Positions 14,201 to 26,200 of a DNA stretch of 64,000 nt are shown piece by piece. A program made the position numbers and the translations under genes. The notes under the pieces were generated by a model. That model saw only the letters and a list, made by a program, of their open reading frames with translations, was not told the origin of the DNA and did no database searches. How positions within the stretch are numbered: position 1 is the stretch's first letter; each line of letters begins with the position of its first letter. This DNA comes from Laetmonice hystrix (taxonomy: Eukaryota), in NCBI GenBank assembly GCA_965235115.1, contig OZ249439.1:11222001-11286000 (forward strand), given 5' to 3'.

Positions 14201-17200
14201 TGTCACCACTGAGCGCTACCAGTCCGATGGGCCGGCGGGGAGGTGTGGCCCTCCCGGGGCTGAGCCCCACCGGGGCCGGAGGGGAGACTCCCCCGGGTCC
14301 ACCGCCACCACCCCCACCGCCACCGCCACCACTACCCTCCGGAGGGCCACCGCCACCTCCACCCTTACCTGGAGTCGGCCCCCCTGGAGGACCACCACCT
14401 CCACCCCCTCCGCCTGGAGGGGGGCCTCCCCCACCCCCGGGCACCCTCAGTATGCCCACCCAGAACATCAGACTGCCCCAGCAGCAAACCCCTAAACCCA
14501 AGGCCAAAATGCGCAAGTTGCAATGGAATAAGATTCCCGCCAACAAGGTGGTTGGCAAGAAGAACGCATGGACTGCCGTGGGTAAAATGTTTAATGGATA
14601 CAAAGTGGACTTCGATCAAATCGAGCAGCTGTTCAGTGTGGCGCAGGTGGTACGGATGGAGAGGGACGACCAGCCAGACTCAGGGAGTGGCCATCCGGAG
14701 AAAAAGAAAAAAGATGAGGTAAGTTGTTATCACCTATACTTAGACCTATCGCAGTGCTAGTCTGCTGACTGAACTGTTACAGTTCCTACAGGGGCATGAA
14801 TTGGTCGCCAATAAAAAATCAATATGCATCTTTATCTCTTCACAGTACCGATGTTTGTTTCACTAAAGAATAGTGAGTTGTATTGATGTTATATTACAGA
14901 AACCATTTGATTATAATAATGACGTCTGTTGATATTATAGTACCCAAATGATAAACACACGTGTGTTTACCATTATCTATGACCACAAAAACCAACCCAA
15001 GGGCAGTAAAACGTTAACCACAATGAAAAATCTAGATTTGAACAAAGAGTGTGGTATAACTCTTTTATAGCCCCGTATGGATGGCCTCCCTGCGGCTAAG
15101 GTAAGGAGGCTGTAAACCATTCATACAGTCTGATAGGGATACGGCCGACTTGATACACACTTAATTCACTAAAGGTGGTTTGTTCTCTGGTCTGACCACA
15201 TTCTCAGTCTGAGGCCAAAGGGTTTCTGTCGCTGCAACACTCCATCCTACAGAATCCAGTGGAATGTTACTATATTTGTATCCTTCCCAATGTTTCAATC
15301 ATGTGGAGGTCGCCTTCTTTGATCACTCCTCCTAGGTACCCAACCTCACTACCCCTGATCTGTACCCCAAACATGACCTATTCAGGTCAAACCCTGATTC
15401 TATTAGTGACCTATTACTGGACCGGTCACCTAACAACACACCTTTACCACGTGTTTACATCTCACTACCAATTCACAACAACAGTGATCGGTAATAGGTG
15501 TCCTATTCACACCATAATAAAAACACTATTGATCAGATAATAATTAAACATAAACTCTTTCTCAGGAAATCTCCCAGTAAACCCAGTTCCAGTGTATTTT
15601 ATGTTGATATTACGGCCGTGCATAAACCTTGATATTTGTAGTTTGGCGATAGCTAAATGACAGTGTTTTCGTGGAAGATGTTTATTTTGTTGTGTATAAA
15701 CATGAAGACAACTGTGAAAGGATGATGTCAGAGACAGTCCTGTTACAGTTTGAATGTCATTGATTGCAGATAAATCTACTGGACAGCAAACGAAATCTTA
15801 ACGTCAACATATACCTCAGACAGTTCCGTACCTCGCACGTCGACATCGTTCGTCTTCTAGTCGATGGCGAGAGCGGGAAAATAGGTGCTGAGAAACTGAG
15901 AGGCTTGCTCAAAATCTTGCCTGAAGCAGACGAGGTAAGTTCCAAACCTCTCCATATCCGCTCATAACTGAGTTCTAGAGATAATGGAAGAAACATGAGA
16001 ATCTGTTGTCAATGTGAAGCATGGAATGGTGATCTTTTGTCACATTGGTGACTAGCCACGTTCTGCATAGTTTCCCGACGATGTAGACATTGTTATTGAG
16101 GGCAGAGGCATGTTACACTGTCATGGTGTGTAGGCCGTCTGCTGTTACATTCCTCTGACCGATGTTTAATAAGGAGAGTTGATTTTTCGGATGAGCCTGC
16201 CAAAAGTATGCCCATCGGTATGAGGACCGCTGCCACCTTTGGTATTTACACCTGTCGGTGTTTACACCTGTAGGTGTCTCTTACAATGAGTAGATGTTCA
16301 TTCCTGGTCGCTACTATTATGTGAACCTTTCGCCATGAAAGGAAAGATATGAATTCCGGCAAGTCTGTTTGCCATAGATGAATGCAGAGGCGCAGAGCAC
16401 ATTACTGTGGGAATTGACAGAACGTGATTAGTGGGCGTGTTTTTGACATGTTTCTTTCATTAAATGAATTAAGACAAATAAATCCATATATTTCCACGTT
16501 TCAGGTGGAGATGTTGCGAACCTTTCAGGGCGACAAAAGCAAGCTGGGCATCGCAGAGAAATTCTTTATTGAACTGCTTGGAGTCCCAAAGTAAGTCACT
16601 CAAAGATATCGCTCTGTAAACATGTTGTGTATCTTCCGGAGATACAATAGTCATGTCTAGTCATTCATGTGGTCTGCGAACATTTCATGGAAAGCTTTTT
16701 ACTAACGCTATTGCCTTTAGAGAAAGTTTTTTTAAAAAATGTATCCTACGGTACTGTTCTTTCTTTCTGTAATAACGACTTGTTTTATGATCGTTGGTGC
16801 GCATACTCGGTTGTTATTTGTTGACCGTCCCGTTATAAGTTACGTGTCGAATGCTCATACTCTGTTGTTATTCGTTGACCGTCCCGTTATAAGTTACGTG
16901 TCGAAGCCATGCTCATACTCTGTTGTTATTCGTTGACCGTCCCGTTATAAGTTATGTTATGTGTCGAAGCCATGCTCATACTCTGTTGTTATTCGTTGAC
17001 CGTCCCGTTATAAGTTACGTGTCGAAGCCATGCTCATACTCTGTTGTTATTCGTTGACCGTTTAGTGGATAAAGCACTGTCAGAGCCAGTCGAGACGTTG
17101 TTATGGCGAAATAATGCACGAGCCGAAGGCGAGTGCATTATATCGCCAGAAGAACGTCGAGACTGGCTCTGGCAGTGCTTTATTTACTTTAGCACACAAC

Positions 17201-20200
17201 CTATAACTATAAACAATTCAAACAGTGCCAAAACTACACCCAGTTGAGCTTTTACCGGCGATTTCATTCAGCAACTGTGGCCACCACATCTTGTTTACAT
17301 TCTGAGGTCGGGGGGCCTCCCACAATGACCTTTGAACCGGCCGATTTGTACCACGCTTCACTATTGGTCGATCGTTATCACGTGACTTTCATTGACTTAG
17401 CGAGCCTATAAAAGGAGCTTTCTGATTGGACGGAACATTAAGGCCATGCATTCAGCAATAGCGCCATCCCCTCTACTAGGCAAATGGACTCGGCGCGTCA
17501 TTTAAACGATGTAAACAGAGTTCGCTGTGGGCATATCGAATCGAAACGACCCAACTGAACAAAACAGACGGGTTTCTTCTCGTAATTCTATAACAACTGC
17601 GAAGTCTCAGCCATTAACACTCCATTAGTTGCTAGTTCTACCTATTGACAACCTTGAAGCGAGGACAGGCAAACACAATGAATTCGAATGAACACCCTCT
17701 CCGATTGGTCAATTCATCACGCGTCATACCCGTGAATTATGGCTCTAATAATTTCACGGTTTTGGGCCTATAACACACGCTGGGAGCAGCCAGGCGTGTG
17801 CTAAACAGTTATAAGTTACGTGTCGAAGCTCATACTATGTTGTTATTCGTTGACCGTACAGTTATAAGTTACGTGTCGAAGCCATGCTCATACTCTGTTG
17901 TTATTCGTTGACCGTCCCGTTATGAGTTACGTGTCGAAGCCATGCTCATACTCTGTTGTTATTCGTTGACCGTCCAGTTATAAGTTACGTGTCGAATGCT
18001 CACACTCTGTTGTTATTCGTTGACCGTCCAGTTATAAGTTACGTGTCGAATGCTCATACTGTGTTGTTATTCGTTGACCGTCCAGTTATAAGTTACGTGT
18101 CGAAGCCATGCTCATACTCTGTTGTTATTCGTTGACCGTACAGTTATAAGTTACGTGTCGAATGCTCATACTATGTTGTTATTCGTTGACCGTCCAGTTA
18201 TAAGTTACGTGTCGAAGCCATGCTCATACTCTGTTGTTATTCGTTGACCGTCCAGTTATAAGTTACGTGTCGAAGCCATGCTCATACTCTGTTGTTATTC
18301 GTTGACCGTACAGTTATAAGTTACGTGTCGAATGCTCATACTGTGTTGTTATTCGTTGACCGTCCAGTTATAAGTTACGTGTCGAAGCTATGCTCATACT
18401 CTGTTGTTATTCGTTGACCGTCCCGTTATAAGTTACGTGTCGAAGCCATGCTCATACTCTGTTGTTATTCGTTGACCGTACAGTTATAAGTTGCGTGTCG
18501 AATGCTCATACTCTGTTGTTATTTGTTGACCGTCCAGTTTTATCGAATGCCCATACTCTGTTGTTATTCGTTGACCGTCCAGTTATAAGTTACGACGTGT
18601 CGAAGCTATGCTCATACTCTGTTGTTATTCGTTGACCGTCCAGTTATAAGTTACGTGTCGAAGCCATGCTGATACGGGAAGAGTTCGCACAAACCATGGA
18701 CTGGATCAAACCCTCCATCGACGCCATTATCATCACCGCCAGAGGTAAAATTCGGAATTTAAAAATCCTTTTCTAACCTATACATACACAGCAACAACTT
18801 GACGTGGGGAGTGAGATGGGAGGGTTTGTTCGACGAAGGCGTTGACGTAAAGCTGGGACTAGAATGACCCGTTTCCAGGAACCACCATACGTTAGATGGT
18901 GTGGTACGGAGGGGCCGCTGACATAAAGTAGGACAACACATTGGCCCGTATCCTTGTCTTTCTTCAGACAACTCACTTGTCTCTCGCAGAGTGTCAACGT
19001 ATGCAGAGGGCGGAAAGTAGTTTTTTAATCGAAGGTCTGTCTCTGATGTACCTGTTTCACCGAGTTGAATAAAGCTCTTAGTCATAGAACGCATTCACAT
19101 GTAGGCCCTACACGTGAAAAAACTGAAAGAACGCATGTCCCACATAGAATAACTTGAAGGAAGTCCGTGATGTGGTCACGTGATTCAGTCAGGCAATGTC
19201 TCAGTGATAACCGAGCGTGTAGGATGGGTCCACGAACTGACCCAGATATTAATGGCACATCCCAAGTTTTTTGCTGTAAGTCCTTGGGTTTTGTATTGTA
19301 AATACTGGGAGACAAATGTTCTAAGAGTGTCCAACCAGCCAGAAGGATTGCCTGGCCATATGATTTTCGTTCAGTGGACCCGTCCGTGCGCTGTAAGCCA
19401 AGCGTGTTTAAGTTAAAACACCCTGTCGCCCCATGAACTCTCTGTAGTCGACATATGATAAAACAAAACCAGGTTTTTCTTAACGCTGTCGGTTCTATTT
19501 GTCGCGGAAACATACAGGTTAACAGCCCTGGCGAACGTGAACTTTATGCACTCACTCCATCTCTACACTCACTTTAGGTTTTATTAGATTTTAGAAGTTT
19601 TAATAATCTTTTTATTTTTAAATTTCTAAACTTTCCACTATAAAACTCATCATACCCTTTTCATAAAAATCTCTATTTTAAAAGTCATAAACTTTCCATT
19701 TCAGACCTCAAAGAGAGCAAGGACCTGTTGGAAATTATTTATTTGGTACTCATCGCTGGAAACTTTCTGAATGCTGTAAGTTCAATATACTACTATATCA
19801 TACTATATTAGTATACTACTCTGATTAGTCACCATTTTTATGAAAGCATAAGACAATATTTTGTTTACACACAGTATAAGCTTTGGGAGGACGTCCGGAC
19901 ATTTCAGTAACTGTTTCAGAGTAGTGAGTCATTTTGAAGGAAGTGAGTTGAAGGATTATGATGGTAATTCTAGCCTGTCAAAGAGCTGATTGTTGTTTTG
20001 GTGTTCCGTTGTAATGCTATCTGTGAGCTGACGGTGGTTGTTTTGGTGGTTTCTACAGGGAGGCTACGCTGGCGATGCGGCTGGGTTCCGCCTGACATCA
20101 CTCCTCAAGCTGACCGAAATCCGTGCCAATAAACCTCGTATGAACCTGATGCATTATGTGGTTATGGTACGTATCTACAAATCGCCTCTTGTCTAGGTTC

Positions 20201-23200
20201 ATCCTCGGGCTCTCTAATCTCGTGTTGTTTAGTCAATCCGACATGTCCATCACGCTCTGGTAGTGGCAATCATCTGATTATCGGCACATAACCACTGCCA
20301 TTTGTATGTCACCTGGGAAAGGTTACTCCTTGGGTTGTGATCTTTGGACTCTTCCCGTTCTCACGGACCATTCAACCACGGCCACCCGGATGTTCAATAT
20401 ACATATATACACACGCCCAGATGATGGTTACATGACTCCTGCCTTCCCGTTCCATGGCCAACATATCCGCATGGTGTGGGACATAATGTTTTGATGGAGC
20501 CGATCGAAACGGATGTTCCAAATTCTAGGTCTTTCCTGAGGTTTCTTTATTCTGGGTCACTGATGAGGTCACTATTCCTAAACTTGAAACCCCCACTCCG
20601 GTCCCCCCAATCTTTTCCCGATCCTTCCCTTACCCTAATCCTAACCCCCATTTCGTGGGAATCCGTGGGACTGTTACCATTAGCGATATAAAACCATGTC
20701 AGCTCTTCCCTAAACCGCCCACTGTTTTATCATGTGTACCCTAACCGGGTAAAGCCGGATTATCCGCTGCTGATCTGCAGAGGTCTCTGAAAATGAACTC
20801 GCTAAGGGACGTCATATGAATCTGACAAAAGAGGAAATCCACAGACGCTAATCCGGACACCTGAGACGCTGGTGTCCCAGGAATTGTACCCACTGACCCC
20901 CCCTTGTTATCCGGCACGCCCCCTGGGGGTTAGCGCCCGCATGACAACCCTGTCTTCTAAGGGGACCAGTGTGCCAGCGTCCAGCCCGGCGGGCGGACCT
21001 CAGTTGACCCTGTTTGTAAGGGTTGATATGAGGGTCATAAATGTTTCACGTGTGACCCCAACATCAGTGGAACATAATTAGTATCGTACAAAAAGACGGA
21101 GAGAAACATCCTGACAGTAATGATATCGTTTATAAAGTCTTTCCGCCGCCCGCCCTGCAGCTTCGGCTTTTTGATGTCATACCGCTATGGTAGCCTGTTG
21201 ATGGTTGCTGCCGTTTCCAAACCAAGTTAATCTTTCAGTCCCAAAATTAACTGAGTAAACACTTCAGTTTGTCTGAACTGGTGATATCCTACAGAACTAC
21301 CCTTTCGGGGCCATTAGTTCCAATCAGAGAAAGTCCCTCAGTTACCCGAGGTCCAGGACAACAGTATACAGAGTCAACACCTGGTTAGAAATCAACCCAT
21401 ACTTTTCCCGACCTCTTCATGAAGTGTTCTGTCCTTTCCCCGACCTCTTCATGAAGTGTTCTGTCCTTTTCCCGACCTCTAAATTGTTAGTCCTGGTCCG
21501 TCAACACAGAGCAGTCAGATTCATGCTAATCATTACAGACTTTCAACTGTAATTATGGTATATTTATCTCACCTGTATAGTTAGCCATCGTTTATTTATC
21601 TCGCCTGTAGGCCTGTATTTATTTTACCTGTACATTTATCCCGTCTATTATACTTATCTGCAGCAAGCCGAGGAGAAAAATCCCTCCCTCCTCGACCTCC
21701 CACAACAGTTTAAATATCTGAAGGAATCGTCGCAGTAAGTATAAAATAATATATCGATTGACAGTCCTGACGTTGTATGCCTGTAACTAAACTCAATTAA
21801 ACTCACGCCAGGTGGATCCACAAGCTTCCTGCCTATAGGTCGACAATTCCTATCTCTTGATCTGTGAGGGTGTTTGGTGGTGACAGTAGGGTGGGGGCGG
21901 GGTAGAGGGGGTATTGACCGGTTTGACTGACCATGACGTGTCCTTCCAGGACCTCGGTGGAAGCCCTCACCTCCGACATCACCTCTCTTCGTGACAAGGT
22001 CAAACACATTTCGGCCCAGATGCAGCAGACGGGAGGCGAATTCCAGCGGCAGCTAGCACCATTTATTGAGGTATGGTCTGCCTGTCAGTACTAACAAGGG
22101 CGTTTTACCCAACGTATTAGTAAACAACGGAGCGTGATTGGCGAAATATATGACGATATTTGTGGAGAGTCAGATATGTGAGAAAGTCTTAAAATATTTG
22201 CAAGCAATATGTTTCATGCTTCTAGATTATGGATTCCAAAACAAGAGACTTTGCCTTTTAAAGTGAAGAGTTGGTAAAATAAACAGCACATTGAACTAAG
22301 CACTGGATCCTTTACTCTTTCAGTTTGCACAGCAGGAGCTTGGTGAGCTGAGCACGGACCTATCTGAGCTTGAGGAGCTGCGAATTGAGCTCTCCAACTA
22401 CTTCTGTGAAGATGAAACGTCTTTCAAATTAGAAGAATGTCTGAAAATCTTTAACACGTTTTGCGAAAAGTTCTCCAAGGCGATCGAGGTTAGTAGCATC
22501 ACTTACTTGCCGAACACAGCCAATCAAAGCAATTAAGTTTAAGATCATAAATGTTGAATCTGACTTTATTCACAATCCTAGAGACAATCAATAAATTGCC
22601 ATGAGTTATCCGTCCATATATAGTGATTAAATACCCAAAAGTTTCAAAGCAAACAACAGTTTAGTTTCGTTAGAAACGACGGCCACTGATAGAACCCTGA
22701 TAATCGACACGAAATCTCCGAGCCAGCTGCTGATTCTATTGTTACATTGATATTATTTAATACTTCAGGAAAATAAACAGCGGAAAGTTCAGGAAGAGAA
22801 GGCTGAACAAAGGCGACGACAGCGCGAGGACAACCTGAACGCCAAGAAACGTAATTCAGGTAAATATTGATATACATGTATACGCAAGGTTTATAAATGC
22901 ACTGCTATACATCTTTGTCATGTGCTGAAGATACACAGTTAGACTTATCTGCAGTGGTTTTATAGAAGTTTTGTATGGGAATGTGATGACGAGAAGAGGC
23001 AGTCATGTGACCTAAATGCCGTACGTGGTTTGGTTGTTTACAGGGGAGTTCAAGCCTGGTTCTGCTGTGCGAACGTCAGGTGTTGCCGACGAGAACGACT
23101 CAAACCTCGTGGACCGACTCCTTGGAGACATCCGCAGCGGGTTCACGAATAAACTCGGAGAGAACGCCGACTTCTCCGAGGAGCGATCCGTTACCAAGGC

Positions 23201-26200
23201 CAACCTGGACGGAGAGGTGCCTGTAGGAGCTGAGGTTAGGACACCATCACCGTCCTCCGGTCTCCAGGGTCCGGACGCTCTCCAACTCGGAGAGTTTACA
23301 CGCCAGGGGTCGCTCAAATCAAGCAAACGTGGCAGCTTAGTGTCAAACCGTCTCCACGCGATTGAAGAGAGCCATTCGGAGACACGAGGAGGCAGTGATA
23401 AAAGTGATGAGGACAAAAAGAAAGTCCGCCGCAGCGCAGAAATGACCGAGGCAGACAATCTTTTCGAGTACCTTGTCCAAGCCGGTGATGATGCGGACAA
23501 GGCGTTGTTTGAGCGGCAGGGCAGCCTGCGCCGGCGGCGGCGCCGAGGTGGAGGGACCTTGGATACCTTGGTGGTGGACCGGGAACGGGCGCCATCTCCA
23601 GCCCTGTCCGAGGAGACCTCCAGTCCCCGGGACAGCCTCACCAAGACCACTGAGCGGAGATGGCGCAGCACCCTGGACAGACCGGAGGTTGAGAAAGCCA
23701 TTGCACATCACCATCTGGAGAGAGGATCCCGCAGCCCTGTCCCCAGCAGCCCTGGAGCTCCTTCTCCGTTAATAACTGGAGAAGGCAGAGTTCGCAGTTT
23801 CGCATCGGACTCCGGGGACAGTGGGGACAAGAGCCGGTGGTCGACCTCGAGCACAGAGACCCAGCCAGAGAGTCTGGATGACGAGGCCGCCAGGGAGCGC
23901 GCCCGTCGGCGACAGGAGCGGAAAAAACGGAGCACGCTCGACAGGCTCGACGTTAAGGCTGCACTCCATAAACCTTTCGAGTCGGAACCCAACACGCCCC
24001 ATGATCACCCACCAGTTGGGGATCAGTCGGCCTCCCAGCGCTGGGCGGAGGCGGCCCAACTCAACCGGGGCGTGGTCCGCTCAGAGTCGGATCCGTCCGT
24101 GACGCGAGCCATGGGACTGAGGCAGGATTCTCCCGAACCTAACGCCTCTACTGACAGCGAGTCAGACAGTAAACGCAATCGTAGTGTGTTACGATATCGT
24201 AACAATCTGGACGCGGGAGAGCTGACGTCTGCCCTGAGGACTGTCGAGGAACAGTCCAAGCAGAGGGCCGAGGAACAAACACAAAACGAAAAGTTTGTTT
24301 CCACCCCTGACAAAAACAGAGAACGCCTTGCCAAACGCTATCAAAACAACATCGAAGCATCAGCAGTCAACGCCGTCATTCAACAGGTGGAAGGCAACGC
24401 GGCCTTTGACCCCAAGAAAACCGAGGTCATGGAGGCGTCAACAGAGGCCGAGCAATACAAGCGGAAACATCCCACTGTGCGGGGACAGGACGAAAGGCGT
24501 TGGCAGAGCAATATCGAAAGGACAGATGTTGATCAGGTTATCCGATCAATCGAGAAGACTGGCCGGGAGATCCAGTTAATTGGTGCCGAGAACAATAAAA
24601 GTTTGCAGGAGACGAACGGCAGTGTGGTTTATAGTGACAATGTGCGCTCATTGAATGCCATCAATGAGGAAAGTCGGCGGACTGGCTCGCCTGCCGCTGG
24701 AGAAAACGCTCGAACATGGTTAAACAGGAGATGGCGGTCAAATATCGACACGGCCGACGTACAGGAAGCGTTAGTTAGGAACAAGGAGTCTTCCAATGAG
24801 GAGGACGGGCCGGCCCCCATCCCGCCTCCACGGACCACCAGTAAAATGAAACGTAACGCCGACACAAACCTCCAAACGACGCAGTCAGAGGAGCAGTTAA
24901 ACAGCGTACAACGTTCACTACAAGACGCTGAGACTGAGCGTTTTAACGCTCTCAGACAACGCCTGGACGGGCAGAAAGGTCAAAAGGAGACGCTGACAGA
25001 GAAAGCCTGGCTGAAACACTCTACGGGCAGGTGGAGAAGTAACATTGATAAGTCCGACGTGGACAAGGCGTTCATTCAGCTCAATATGAACGGCCAGCTT
25101 CCCCCCTCGACTGACAGCCAAACCACTGACTCACCTCTTCACCGACCAATCAGTACGTATGATAACGTCGACAAGGCCCGTCTCCCCGAGTTACCCTCAA
25201 CCAAACGATGGGCCCGTTACTATGACGACGATCTGAAGATGGATGAGAACAAACAACCAAACGGTTACTCTCAGACCCAGCCAGCTGTTTCCCGTCGCTG
25301 GAGCTCAATGACTGACTCTAACGAGGTCAACGCTGCCTTCGCTCAGGAGCAGGGATCCACACCAACTCTACCCAAGGTTGAGGACGCGGGTTACTACTCG
25401 CTGGATCGAGGTCGGTTACGTCGATCGCAATCCCTGAGGATCAGCAATCTGAGGAAACCCGATACGGACCAATCGCTGTCAACGTCCAAGTGGCGCCACC
25501 GCGCGGAGGCTCAGGAACTAGAGCAGAACGTGCAGCAGTTCCAGACACGGGTCCCGGAGACGGAACGGAACAGGAGGAAGGAACGCTTCAAGTTACTGTC
25601 CCGGCGGTACACGGCAGACGATGAAGAGTTGCCATGGAGCCCACCCTCCCCGCACTCTCACAATCACATCGACCCTAACACCATCCATGAAACGAATGAA
25701 GATGACAACATGAAACTTTACAATCACAACCAAAACGTCATCAACCAGTCGCAGGTGCTGCCACCTAGCCATACCTCAATCGATCACCACCAGGTGTCTC
25801 CACGTAGCCTACGCATCCCTGATGATTCCCTCCTTCCCAAGTCGGACACGGACTCTGTGGCCAGCAACAAAGATGAAGGTTTCGAGACAGAGAGTATGTC
25901 TGACCCGAACGCCTCCCAGAGGACGTCCATGAGCAGCACCCTGGAGTCGGAACTGACGGGGACACCCACCCAAGCACGCAAAGACTACTCCCGACAAAAG
26001 GCTGAAACTCCAGAGGAGCAGGAGGAATCTCGTAACTACTTCGCCCGCAGTATTGACAGTTTGGTTCAGCGGCAGGAACTAGCGACGTGTGAGTCCAGGT
26101 CAGCAGACGAGTCTGAAGATAACATGACGTATAGTGACAAGACACCGACGGTGGAGGATAGTCGTGTAGAGACATGGCAGCACCATAACCAGAGTGATTC

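Noticed and set aside
14160-14603. Glycine-rich antisense ORF
   Set aside because: Reverse complement of the FH1 polyproline codons.
16801-18675. CRISPR-like appearance of the regular 58-bp and 63-bp arrays
   Set aside because: No unique spacers, no cas genes, eukaryotic intron context; the units are wholly repeated.
23016-23043. ATG at 23016 as the start of a stand-alone 1509-aa gene
   Set aside because: A phase-matched acceptor at 23043 joins it to the upstream FH2 exons.
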